IMG/VR virus record: IMGVR_UViG_3300046559_000436
Location: 33,261-97,260 of that record
From: a virus
Strand: one strand, 5' to 3'
Length of the DNA stretch: 64,000 nucleotides
Each line of letters starts with the position of its first letter. The first letter of the stretch is position 1. Both the position numbers and the translations under genes were made by a program. The notes under the pieces are model-generated. The model was not told where the DNA came from, did not search any database, and worked only from the letters and a program-made list of their open reading frames with translations. Below, piece after piece: positions 9,700 to 18,969 of this stretch.

Positions 9700-10671
9700 G
9701 TGGCTGCACCGATTACTGTCTCGTGGTCCGAAATCAACAACTACCGATCGTGCCCTCACAAGCACGAGCTGGAGTACACCCAGCGCTGGCAGCGGCCCAA
9801 CAACCCCCACTCGGCCCTCGGTCGGGGAACCTTCGTCCACAAGGTGCTTGAGGTCTACTACACCTCGCTCCTGACCGGCAAGGACATCGAGACCGCCTAC
9901 CGGGACGCCCGTCGCGAGATCGGCGACTACCGTGGGCTGGGCTTCGACCGTGAGACCTGCGACCTGGTCGAGTGGATTCTTGAGGGGTACCACGAGAAGT
10001 GGTCGACCGAGGACTCCCTGAAGTGGAAGGTCGTCGCGGTCGAACACCGGTTCCAGGTTCCGCTACTGACTGCGGGCGGACGTAAGTCTCGGTTCATCCT
10101 CAAGGGCGGCATCGACCTGATCGTCCGGGACCAGCGCGGCCGATTGATCATCATCGACCACAAGACCTGTGCCGTCCTGCCGGACGATCAGAGCTACGAG
10201 ATGTCCGACCAGTTCGGCCTGTATCTGTGGGCCATGCGGCAGCTCGGTCACAAGATCTTCGCGGGCATCCACAACGCGCTCAAGACCAAGCGCAACAAGG
10301 GTGACTTCCCTGAGAACGTCGAGATGTGGGAAACTGTGAAGGCCGAGGGCGGCAAGCCCGGCGCCAGGCCGGTTCCCCAAGAGCTGGATGCACGGTTCGC
10401 CCGGACCTGGCTGGCCCGGACCGACCGTGAGCTGACCACCATCGCCCTCGAAGCGATGCAGACCGCGCAGAAGATGCACAACGCCAGCCTCCCCAAGGAG
10501 CGCAACCCCGACGACATGAAGTGCAAGCGGATGTGCTCCTTCCGCGACGCGTGTATCATCGGTCGTCGACAGGGGCCGGAGAAGGAACTTCACTTCCTAA
10601 AGGAGGTCGGGTTCGTTCAGAACTTCGCTCGCCACCTCGGAGAGCCCAGCAACCCGAACAGCCTCCTCTAG
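9700..10671 (+). CDS. Cas4/RecB-like PD-(D/E)XK exonuclease
   Basis: SWS...CP, G..VH, E.RF, G.IDL, IIDHKT, Q...Y, C-terminal C...C.F...C. Confidence 0.88.
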   Translation: MAAPITVSWSEINNYRSCPHKHELEYTQRWQRPNNPHSALGRGTFVHKVLEVYYTSLLTGKDIETAYRDARREIGDYRGLGFDRETCDLVEWILEGYHEKWSTEDSLKWKVVAVEHRFQVPLLTAGGRKSRFILKGGIDLIVRDQRGRLIIIDHKTCAVLPDDQSYEMSDQFGLYLWAMRQLGHKIFAGIHNALKTKRNKGDFPENVEMWETVKAEGGKPGARPVPQELDARFARTWLARTDRELTTIALEAMQTAQKMHNASLPKERNPDDMKCKRMCSFRDACIIGRRQGPEKELHFLKEVGFVQNFARHLGEPSNPNSLL

Positions 10672-10680
10672 GAGTTCAAT

Positions 10681-10848
10681 ATGGACGACCAGAACCTGAA
10701 CGCCGACTTCGACAAGCTCTCCGAGAGAGTCAGTCTCAAGCAGCTGGCCGATCAGGGGGTCGAGGCTCTACTGGCCGGACTCGGCAATCGGGTTCTTCCC
10801 GACGCCGTCGGCCAGGTCGGAGTGGCGGCCTTCAACTCCTCGATCTAG
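10681..10848 (+). CDS. Small hypothetical protein (55 aa, not in the ORF track)
   Basis: aggag RBS, MDDQNLNADFDKL..., typical codon use. Confidence 0.55.
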   Translation: MDDQNLNADFDKLSERVSLKQLADQGVEALLAGLGNRVLPDAVGQVGVAAFNSSI

Positions 10849-11054
10849 GGGACTTGACTCTAGCACAAGACATGTGCTAGAATGGGATTACTCCGGAGAC
10901 GGGGCGGGTTCCTTCCCCCCGACTCGTCCCGTCTCACGGACAAAAGCTTCCACCTGCACTAAGTACCCAGCTCTTGCGGACGACCTTTCACGGGGAAGGT
11001 CGGGGCTACCTGGGAGACGTGGTCAGCGGAAGGGCGGCGGCCGTAAAACGTGGT

Positions 11055-11126
11055 GTGCTGGAAGTCGTCGGCGGGACGACGCCCCCTAAACCGGGGAGAC
11101 GGTGGGTTCGAGCCCCACTCAGCATA
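11055..11126 (+). tRNA. Atypical tRNA-like element (apparent anticodon AAA)
   Basis: Acceptor gtgctgg/tcagcat, D-stem gtcg/cgac, cccc-ctaaacc-gggg, T-arm gtggg-ttcgagc-cccac. Confidence 0.5.
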
Positions 11127-11389
11127 CGAATGGTCACACCAAGTGCACTTGGCGCATTCGAACACCCCGACATACAGTGACCTCTGGTCGGATCGCGTAC
11201 TAAACCCGTCCATGCTTACCCTTACGGGTCGGCGGCGTTCAGGGAGACGGGGTACCGGGATAGAGTGAACGTACTCCCGGGAAGGTGGGCCGGACGTCTG
11301 TATGCCGCAGTTTACGGGCACACGGGTAACAGTCAGAATTGCGAGACTAGAATCCGGGAGCGGGAGGGGTACCCCGCACAACTTAACAA

Positions 11390-11498
11390 GGGCCTGTAGT
11401 TTACTTGTCCGAACGAGGGGCGCCCCTCAAGTAGGTCGCACTACCGGAAGAACGGCGGCAGAAATCCGCTGGTGCGGGTTCGAATCCCGTCAGGTCCA
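11390..11498 (+). tRNA. tRNA-Phe(GAA)-like element with a large D-loop insertion
   Basis: Acceptor gggcctg/caggtcc, anticodon arm ggcgg-cagaaat-ccgct, T-arm gcggg-ttcgaat-cccgt; 109 nt in total. Confidence 0.55.
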
Positions 11499-11683
11499 CG
11501 TTGTCCAGGTCACCACGGTCGAGGAAACAACCCCTCGGACGGATCGAGACGGACAAGCACAGACGATCGTGACCGAGTCTGTGCTCAGCAGAGAAGCGGC
11601 GCAGACAAGGGCAGGGCCGCCACGCGGGGAGCGCCTCCGGAAACGGAGGACACGAGGGATGAGACCCGCATCCAACTTAATAA

Positions 11684-11764
11684 GCCCCTTTGGCGGAATG
11701 GCAGACGCGCTGGTCTTAGGAACCAGTGTCTTCGGACGTGAGAGTTCAAATCTCTCAGGGGGCA
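11684..11764 (+). tRNA. tRNA-Leu(TAG)
   Basis: Canonical cloverleaf, ctggt-ct tag ga-accag, long variable arm. Confidence 0.92.
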
Positions 11765-11899
11765 CGGGACGTACAGAATGTCGGAAGTAACCGGAGTGGA
11801 ACACGTCGGAGTGCGCACGATGACGTGGAAAGCAAAGGCGAGGTAAGACAATAGCGCAGAACGCCGGACGGTGTTTGTCTGCCACGTCCACCGATCACT

Positions 11900-11973
11900 G
11901 CCCCTTTAGCTCAGTTGGCCAGAGCGGCTGCCTTGTAAGCAGCGGGTCGCCGGTTCGAATCCGGCAGGGGGCT
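11900..11973 (+). tRNA. tRNA-Thr(TGT)
   Basis: Canonical cloverleaf, gctgc-ct tgt aa-gcagc. Confidence 0.93.
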
Positions 11974-12140
11974 CTAGCCTGGGACCGACGGGTTCCGGGT
12001 GAGGTCGCGGGAAGGCCACCCGACGACCATCGGCTGTGCGTAGGCGCTACTGGGATGCTGCAGACCCAGGGTCGGTCCGAGTCCGGCGGTCGAGCTGAGC
12101 TAGGTGAAAGTGACCCCACCCACTTCCTCCGGTGCTCCGA

Positions 12141-12180
12141 GAAAACCCCTCTGTTGCCTGGAAAGCAGAGGGGTTTTCTT
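12141..12180 (+). terminator. Terminator closing the tRNA/ncRNA cluster
   Basis: gaaaacccctctg...cagaggggttttctt. Confidence 0.8.
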
Positions 12181-12246
12181 GTGCTTACGTGTATTCCGCC
12201 AGAGAAATAGAGCATGGTACAATTATATATAGAGAGGAGGACGCGT

Positions 12247-12456
12247 ATGCTGAACAGACCGGCAATTCGACAGCGCATGTCAGAAATGGGCATCAACCAG
12301 GCCACTCTGGCTAAGAAGATGCACGTCAAGGACATGCACGTGTCACTGTGGCTAAACAACCACAGAGCCCCAGACTTGCCCAACGTCATCAAGATCGCGG
12401 ATGCGCTTAACTGTAGTCTTGATGACATCGTGATCAGAGTCAGGAGCGCGGCGTGA
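12247..12456 (+). CDS. XRE-family HTH regulator
   Basis: GINQATLAKK...VS.W...RAPDL...KIADAL..SLD; RBS aggagg. Confidence 0.85.
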   Translation: MLNRPAIRQRMSEMGINQATLAKKMHVKDMHVSLWLNNHRAPDLPNVIKIADALNCSLDDIVIRVRSAA

Positions 12457-12529
12457 CCAACACCCCCGACATGGATGAGGGCTCTGACCGCCCAAGTCAG
12501 AGCCCTCGGATGATCACCCAGGAGATGAG

Positions 12530-15445
12530 ATGACCACTACCCCCTCAATTACACCACAGACAATGTCGAGCACGCAATGCGAGCTGCGACAGGGTTGCCC
12601 CATGGCCCGCGTCCACGGCCCGTTCGCTGACGGTTACCTGGAGTACCAGCGGTCCGGTTGGCAGGGAACTCTGCCGCTGCCGAAGCTGGAGAAGAACGAC
12701 CCTCCGCGCGGGTTCACCGGTCAGAAGTTTATCGAGGTCTGGCCGACCGAGTCCGACCTGCACATGTGGTCCCACGAGTCCAGCTCCAACCTGGGTCTCA
12801 GGCTGCCGAACGACATCATCGGCATCGACGTGGACCAGTACATCAAGAAGGGCCGCCCGAAGACCGGCCACGACCGATTGGTCGTGCTTGAGAAGACGCT
12901 AGGGGAGCTTCCGCCCACCTGGCGTTCGACTCGACGCGGCTACAGCAACCCTTCGGGTATCCGGTTCTTCCGGGTTCCGGCCGACAAGATGTGGCCGGGC
13001 GTGGTGGATATCGACGTCGAGGTCATCCAGCATCGTCACCGGTACGCCGTGGTCTGGCCGTCGGTGGTGCCGGACACCGAGACCGGCGAGGTCATGCAGT
13101 ACCAGTGGTTCACCCCCGAGGGCGAGGTGGCGATCCGTCCGCCGTCCCCGAGCGAACTGCCGGAACTGCCGGAGGCGTGGGTGCGCCACCTGTGGCAGCA
13201 GGCCAGGGTGTCGGGGTCGGTAACGGTTCGGTCGGGTGACTATCCGATCATGCCGGACATCCCGGACGAGGTGGACACATCGGCCCCGTGGTATCTGAAG
13301 GCACTGGCCAGGCCGGACGCCAGCGGTCGGGGCAACCAGACCATGGTGTCGGTAGTCGGCGGCATCGCCAAGATGTTCGTCGAGAGTGGCCTGCCGTACG
13401 AGGCCGCCGTTGCCACCGCGTTGGGTTACGAGCGCAGCTCGATCGACCCGCAGCCGGACGAGACCGTGCTGGATCGCCTGCAGTATTTCTGGGCCGTGGA
13501 GATGGCCAAGAAGCGCGAGCGGGACGAGGCTACGCCCTTCAGCACCCTACGGCCCCAGAAGATCGCGGGAGACCCCACCGGAGCCCCCGGAGACGTCACG
13601 ACGGGCGTAGTCTCGGAGGCCATGTACGACGACGAGGACAGGGGGTACCTGGCGGAACGGATCGACGGCAAGGTCGGATACTCGACCATCACCATCGAGA
13701 TGTCCAAGAACGGACCGAAGCCTGTCGAGGTGATCTACTCCGATTTCGAGATCGAGGCGGTCGGAGTGAGCGCCAACCAGGCCGGTGACGGGACCACCTG
13801 GGTGGTCAACATCACCAAGCGGGACGGAACGGTGCTGGAGGACGTCGAGCTGCCCAGCAAGACTCTCAGCTCGACCAACACGGCCCGGGGGTGGTTCGCG
13901 GATCGTGGCTGCATTCTGTCGGCCAGCGACGACAAGAAGTACGGACCGATGGGCCTGCGGCTTCTCCGGAACCTGCAGTGGCAGAATCCGGCCAGCTTCC
14001 GGGTAACGGACCACCTCGGATGGGACGACCGCTCGGGAACCTTCGTCACGTATGAGGGGGCCATCACGGCGAACGGGATCAACCAGCGCGCCGAGGCCAG
14101 GCCGAGCCGTGGACTGAAGAGCCGCAAGCTCGTCAACCACCACTACGGCTTCGGAGACGAGGAGCGCACGAAGGAGCTGCTGCGGGAGATCCTGACCTTC
14201 CACGACAGCACTTTCACCTCGGTGCACGCGGCGTGGATGTGCGCGGCTGTACTGAAGGGTCACCTGATGCGCAAGTCGTCGCTGTTCCCGATCTTCCTGG
14301 TCGAGGCGGCGTCGGAGTCCGGCAAGACCACCGGCTACGCGCAGCTGATCCGTCAGTTGTTCGGGGATCTGTCCAAGGAGGAGGGCGTCGGCACCCGGGC
14401 CAGCATCCGTAACGCCTTGACGGCGCACCGAGGAGCACCGGTCCGGATCGACGACGCGGACGAGCTGGACTCCATCAAGGAGATCCTGCGCCAGGTTCCG
14501 AACGAAGGCGCGGTTGACAAGTCGGGTGAGGACAACCAGTCCACCGTCCGGGCCAAGCTGGTCGCACCGGTCTGGATCTCCTGTGAGGGGTCCGGAATCC
14601 GGGGTGAGAAGGCGATGATGGACCGCGTGGTGACCTGCGACCTGCCCAACCCGAAGGGTCGCATGTCGCTGAAGGACCCGAGTCGGACCCAGTGGGACGA
14701 CATCGTGGACTTCATGGGGGACCACTGCCAGAGCGAATTCGGTCTGACCGAGTACTCGGGCACGCTGGTGCAGATGATTCTCAGGGAGTCCCGGCTGATC
14801 GAGGAGTTCGGCCGCCTGAGGAAGGCCAGCGGACGGTACAACGACAAACTGGCGGTGCTGAAGGTGGGGGCCAGGGTGCTGGCGTCCGTCACGGGCGACG
14901 AGTCCCACATCGTTCGGGTCGACGAATGGTGCGATACCCAGATCGACACGGGCGATGAGAACGCGCTGACCATGACGGTGATTCCGGCGGCCATCACTGC
15001 GCTGGGCATTCACGAGACTCCGATGCGTGAAATGAAGCCCCCGTACTACAACATCCCGGCTCCGGTCGTGTTCCTGACGGAGAAGGACGGCAGCCAGTCC
15101 ATGTGGGTGCACATCAAAAATCTGGCCAGCTGGTGGGAGAAGCACCGGAACGGCCGGATCGAGGAGCGGACCGAAACGGCCACGGCTCTCCAGGAGCAGT
15201 CGGCCAGGATCGGAATGCGCGGTGGCAAGGCTGGCGTAAGAAACCGGGACTGGAAGCAGGTGTGCATCACTGACACGCTCGGCGGCAAATACCCTAATGA
15301 ACGCATCTACATCGTTCGGATCCCCGACAAGTACCGGGACGTCATTCTCGAACGACTCGGACTGGAGACCAGCGAGGAGCGCGTGCAGGGCACTTCGAAG
15401 CTCACGCCCGGCCAAGTGATCGCCATCGGGCGGTCCGCCCACTAA
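12530..15445 (+). CDS. Bifunctional primase-polymerase fused to a P-loop helicase-like domain
   Basis: N-terminal prim-pol (NLGLRL...IGIDVD, YAVVWPS, Y.W, LPELPEAW); C-terminal ESGKTT Walker A and RIDDAD Walker B. Confidence 0.85.
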   Translation: MTTTPSITPQTMSSTQCELRQGCPMARVHGPFADGYLEYQRSGWQGTLPLPKLEKNDPPRGFTGQKFIEVWPTESDLHMWSHESSSNLGLRLPNDIIGIDVDQYIKKGRPKTGHDRLVVLEKTLGELPPTWRSTRRGYSNPSGIRFFRVPADKMWPGVVDIDVEVIQHRHRYAVVWPSVVPDTETGEVMQYQWFTPEGEVAIRPPSPSELPELPEAWVRHLWQQARVSGSVTVRSGDYPIMPDIPDEVDTSAPWYLKALARPDASGRGNQTMVSVVGGIAKMFVESGLPYEAAVATALGYERSSIDPQPDETVLDRLQYFWAVEMAKKRERDEATPFSTLRPQKIAGDPTGAPGDVTTGVVSEAMYDDEDRGYLAERIDGKVGYSTITIEMSKNGPKPVEVIYSDFEIEAVGVSANQAGDGTTWVVNITKRDGTVLEDVELPSKTLSSTNTARGWFADRGCILSASDDKKYGPMGLRLLRNLQWQNPASFRVTDHLGWDDRSGTFVTYEGAITANGINQRAEARPSRGLKSRKLVNHHYGFGDEERTKELLREILTFHDSTFTSVHAAWMCAAVLKGHLMRKSSLFPIFLVEAASESGKTTGYAQLIRQLFGDLSKEEGVGTRASIRNALTAHRGAPVRIDDADELDSIKEILRQVPNEGAVDKSGEDNQSTVRAKLVAPVWISCEGSGIRGEKAMMDRVVTCDLPNPKGRMSLKDPSRTQWDDIVDFMGDHCQSEFGLTEYSGTLVQMILRESRLIEEFGRLRKASGRYNDKLAVLKVGARVLASVTGDESHIVRVDEWCDTQIDTGDENALTMTVIPAAITALGIHETPMREMKPPYYNIPAPVVFLTEKDGSQSMWVHIKNLASWWEKHRNGRIEERTETATALQEQSARIGMRGGKAGVRNRDWKQVCITDTLGGKYPNERIYIVRIPDKYRDVILERLGLETSEERVQGTSKLTPGQVIAIGRSAH

Positions 15446-15457
15446 CTTAATACCGTC

Positions 15458-15795
15458 GCTGAGCCCCCCAGGAGGAAGACTCTGGGGGGCTCAGCTGTAT
15501 CTCGGGCCTGCAGAAGACTAGGTCTTCCGGAGGACCCCCAGGGTCTTCCAACTACAAGGAGTCACGAGAAACAACGGGGAGTAGATGACGATTGCTCCCG
15601 GAAGAACCCAGGAAGACCCCTATATATATATAAGAAGACCTATAAGAAGACCTAATATCTTCCAAAAAAGTACGAAGTCAGAGGGGGTGGAAGACCTGAA
15701 GACCATAGAAGAAGTAGTTTCTTACGTACGCGCGCCTCTCACAGACGTGTGCGTGCAAGGACCCCCCGCTCTCCCCGGAGGGTCTTCCCGCCCCC
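15458..15795. repeat. Origin-like element A: terminator, then GAAGAC(C) iterons around a (TA)n tract
   Basis: About 10 gaagac/gtcttc copies and tatatatatata; immediately after the primase-helicase gene; second copy at 58.4-58.75 kb. Confidence 0.7.
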
Positions 15796-16029
15796 TGGGG
15801 CTCTCCGGGGAGCTGCGGCTCTCTGTGGGGTCTCTGGCGGCCTAGGAGCCCCTAGCCGGTCCTCTAGGGCCATCCGCCCCCGTACTGTTGCGGGAGACCC
15901 CACAGAGAGCCGGGACGAGCCCAGCCAGCGGCCTGGGTAGCCTGCCCCTGTGGGCGCTGCGCGGCTCCGGCGCGGTGGCCCTAGTGCCAGGGCTTGCGTC
16001 TATGGAAAGGTAGGTAGTTAGATGGGGAT

Positions 16030-16263
16030 ATGACGATGAGCACTGACCGACTGAACGAGCTTCGCACCTTCGATGCCGACGCCTCGACCCCCCAGCAGCG
16101 ACAGGACGCCGTCCTGGAACTGACCGCCGAGGTCCAGCGCTGCTGGGCCCGCATTGCCGAACTTGAGAAGGACTCGGACTTCCTCAACCGCCTCCATGCG
16201 GCCGGGGTCGACAACTGGGACGGCTACCACTTCGGATTCGGCAACGAGGACGACGACGAGTAG
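16030..16263 (+). CDS. Hypothetical protein
   Basis: Phage-type L.AAGVDNWDGY motif. Confidence 0.7.
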   Translation: MTMSTDRLNELRTFDADASTPQQRQDAVLELTAEVQRCWARIAELEKDSDFLNRLHAAGVDNWDGYHFGFGNEDDDE

Positions 16264-16341
16264 CTTGCGCTTGTAGCAAGCACAGTGCTGTAATAAGGAT
16301 ATTCCGCCCCGGGCTTCCGGGGCCCACCCCAGGAGGCACCG

Positions 16342-16563
16342 ATGGCGCTGAGTTACGAGGTACACGCTCGGAGCGAGTGGTTCCCGATCGACCTGTACGA
16401 CAACCCCGAGGGCAAGGACGCCGACGACAGCACCAAGGCGGTGATGGTGCAGATGGGCGTCCTCAAGTTCAAGACTCGTAAGATCTCCGAGGATGTCGCT
16501 CGGAAGCTCAACGAGGCTCTCATCAAGGGCCACGTCGAGGCCACCGAACGGCTCGGCCTGTGA
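16342..16563 (+). CDS. Hypothetical protein
   Basis: Promoter, aggagg RBS, codon bias. Confidence 0.65.
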   Translation: MALSYEVHARSEWFPIDLYDNPEGKDADDSTKAVMVQMGVLKFKTRKISEDVARKLNEALIKGHVEATERLGL

Positions 16564-16776
16564 ACGTCCCGCAGGATTCGGTCCCGGCGACTCCGTAACT
16601 TGACACAACGGCAACTGCTGTGATAAGATGGAGTCATCCAATCAGGAGGGAAAGCACCGTGATCGTTTACGGCGACAGCGACAACGGTGGACTGGGTGAC
16701 TCGGACGAGAACGGTCGTCCGCAGTCCCCTCGTCCACTCTGGTGGTAACTGCTCAACCCGGGCGCAAGCCCGGCCA

Positions 16777-16849
16777 GCCTCTGTAGCTCAGCGGATAGAG
16801 CGAGACCCTTCTAAGGTCGAGGTCGCAGGTTCGAATCCTGCCAGAGGCG
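16777..16849 (+). tRNA. tRNA-Arg(TCT)
   Basis: Canonical cloverleaf, loop ct tct aa, T-loop ggttcgaatcc. Confidence 0.92.
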
Positions 16850-16899
16850 CGCCATCGGACCCGCAAGGGGATCGAAGGGCAGACAGACAGGAGAATCAC

Positions 16900-17751
16900 G
16901 TGGGACTTCTCATTCCATTCGAAGAAGAAGAGCAGAGCAAGTACAAGATCGTCGTCCTGTACGGCGAGGTCGGTTCGGGCAAGACCAGCTCGTCGATGAT
17001 GCTCGCCAATCGCGGCCGGATCATCGTCGTTCGTGCGGACCCCGGCATGCACAAGGGTGCTCTGAAGGCCATCGGCGTCAACACCAAGAACATCCTCGTC
17101 CACCAGTTCGAGCACTTCGGCGACATCAAGGACCTCTACTGGGCCCTGAAGGAGAAGTTCGACGAGGACCCCGACTTCGCTGTTGCGATGGTGTGGGATT
17201 CGATGTCGGCCATCAACAAGAAGCTCGTCGACAACGAGGTCGCCCGTCGTCTGGAGAAGAAGACGAAGGTGATGTCCGGCGTCGACGAGTTCGAAGTTGA
17301 CCGGGAGGTATACGGCAAGGTCACGGAACAGCTGCGGTGGATCAACCGCTACTTCTTCGAGCTGCCGTGTCACCAAGTCGTCATCTCCCAGGAGAAGCAG
17401 GACAAGGACAAGAACGAGGGCACGATCTACTACCGCCCCTACCTGTCCCCCGCGTACTCCTCCGACCTTCTCGGCGTAGCCGACGTGGTGATCAGCCAGG
17501 TTGCCGAGGTGGACGCTGACGGCGAGGTTCAGCGGTTCGGCTACACGGTGCCGTTCGAGCGCCGAGTGGCCAAGGACCAGCTGCACCTGCTCCCTGCCCG
17601 TCTGGCGAACGTGAACATGGCGGACGTGGCCGCCTACATCGAGGGCGAGATCGAGCCCGCCTCCGAGGAGGAACGCATCCTCAACCCCGAGAGGTGGCGC
17701 GAGGGCGGCGCGAAGCGACTGTCGAAGGACCAGTCGCGCATGTCGATCTAG
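16900..17751 (+). CDS. AAA_24/Sak4-like ATPase (single-strand annealing)
   Basis: LYGEVGSGKTS, VWDSMS, HQVVISQE, ADVV, R.AKD; GTG start after aggag. Confidence 0.8.
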   Translation: MGLLIPFEEEEQSKYKIVVLYGEVGSGKTSSSMMLANRGRIIVVRADPGMHKGALKAIGVNTKNILVHQFEHFGDIKDLYWALKEKFDEDPDFAVAMVWDSMSAINKKLVDNEVARRLEKKTKVMSGVDEFEVDREVYGKVTEQLRWINRYFFELPCHQVVISQEKQDKDKNEGTIYYRPYLSPAYSSDLLGVADVVISQVAEVDADGEVQRFGYTVPFERRVAKDQLHLLPARLANVNMADVAAYIEGEIEPASEEERILNPERWREGGAKRLSKDQSRMSI

Positions 17752-17979
17752 GGGATTGCTCCTCTGGAAAGACGAGTGGTACCATGGAATTACCGGCCGC
17801 CCCGCAGTGGTGACGACGACCTGAACCCATCGGGGCGGCCGACCAAGCTCCCTGGTCTTGACCAGCTGGAAACGGCATGATAGACTGGGATCGCTCCCAA
17901 GTCCGCTGGGAGCAAGCGCGCCCGGCTTAGCAGGGCAGTCAATCAAACCGGCCGCAGGGCCAAACAGAGGAGAAACAAA

Positions 17980-18483
17980 ATGGCGAAGCTCGCTGACGAC
18001 CTGGCGAACGATGTCACCAACTACGTTCCGGAGACCTTCGAGCCCATCGAGGACGGCGTCTACCTCGCCCGGCTCGAGGAGGACGTGGAGGTCAAGGTCG
18101 GCCCGAGGGGTCCGTACTGGAGCTGGAAGTTCGTCGTCCGTGAGGAGGACAACCCCGGCCTGACCCGCAAGAAGGTCACGCTCTACCACCGCACCTCGCT
18201 CTCGGCGGCGGCGGCGTTCAAGCTGCACGAGACCTTCGCCGCGTTCGGCGTCTCGGCCAACACCGACACCGAGGACCTGGTGAACACGGCCGAGCCCGCC
18301 GTCAAGGTCCACGTCGTCCAGAAGGTGGCCGAGCAGGGCAAGTACGCCGGTGAGATCGTGAACGACCTCGCCGACGGCCAGTGCCTCTACCCGATCAACA
18401 GCGATGCCAAGGTCAGCGCCGCGCAGAACGCCGCTCCGGCGCAGCCGGGTCCGGGCAAGAAGAGCAACAAGCCGCTGCTCTAA
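17980..18483 (+). CDS. DUF669-like single-stranded DNA-binding protein
   Basis: FEPIEDGVY.A.L, W.WKF, Y.GE..N; follows the Sak4-like gene. Confidence 0.75.
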   Translation: MAKLADDLANDVTNYVPETFEPIEDGVYLARLEEDVEVKVGPRGPYWSWKFVVREEDNPGLTRKKVTLYHRTSLSAAAAFKLHETFAAFGVSANTDTEDLVNTAEPAVKVHVVQKVAEQGKYAGEIVNDLADGQCLYPINSDAKVSAAQNAAPAQPGPGKKSNKPLL

Positions 18484-18639
18484 CCCTACCTCCTAGGCGC
18501 TAAGGGTTAGAACACTCCGCTACTGAGCCCCCCTCCCAAGCTCCAGGGAGGGGGGCTCAGTTGTGTTTGTGGCAAATCTCGTGATATAATAGGGGAGCAA
18601 GAGACGCAACCATAACTTTAACCGAAAGGAAAAGACAAA

Positions 18640-18870
18640 ATGGACAACATGATCGATCTGGAGAAGCTCTCTCAGGTGATGAGAGAGAAGGAGGTGAACG
18701 TGACCACCCTGTCCCGCAGAATCGGCCGTGACCGGGTGGTGGTCAGCGGCTGGAAGAACGGTCGTCGTATCCCGAACCTGGAGTCGGCCCTGTGCCTGGC
18801 CAAGGGCCTGGGTGTACCGGTCGAGGACATCTGCTACGAGGTCGCTCTGCCGGGTGATGAGGCGGCCTAG
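18640..18870 (+). CDS. XRE-family HTH regulator
   Basis: LSRRIG...VS.WKNGRRIPNLE...LAK.LGV.VED. Confidence 0.85.
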   Translation: MDNMIDLEKLSQVMREKEVNVTTLSRRIGRDRVVVSGWKNGRRIPNLESALCLAKGLGVPVEDICYEVALPGDEAA

Positions 18871-18969
18871 CACTAATTGTCACGCAGGAAAATCGCGTGA
18901 TAGACTAGTCTCAGAAAGACACCAGGGGGACATCGGCCCCCTCCGACACCGAGTGAACGGAGTTCCGCA

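Noticed and set aside
9700-10671. CRISPR Cas4
   Set aside because: A solo Cas4/RecB-like exonuclease in a genome that also has a Sak4-like ATPase and SSB fits a standard phage recombination module.
10874-12210. Track ORFs across the tRNA cluster
   Set aside because: They overlap tRNAs and lack an RBS or coding codon bias.
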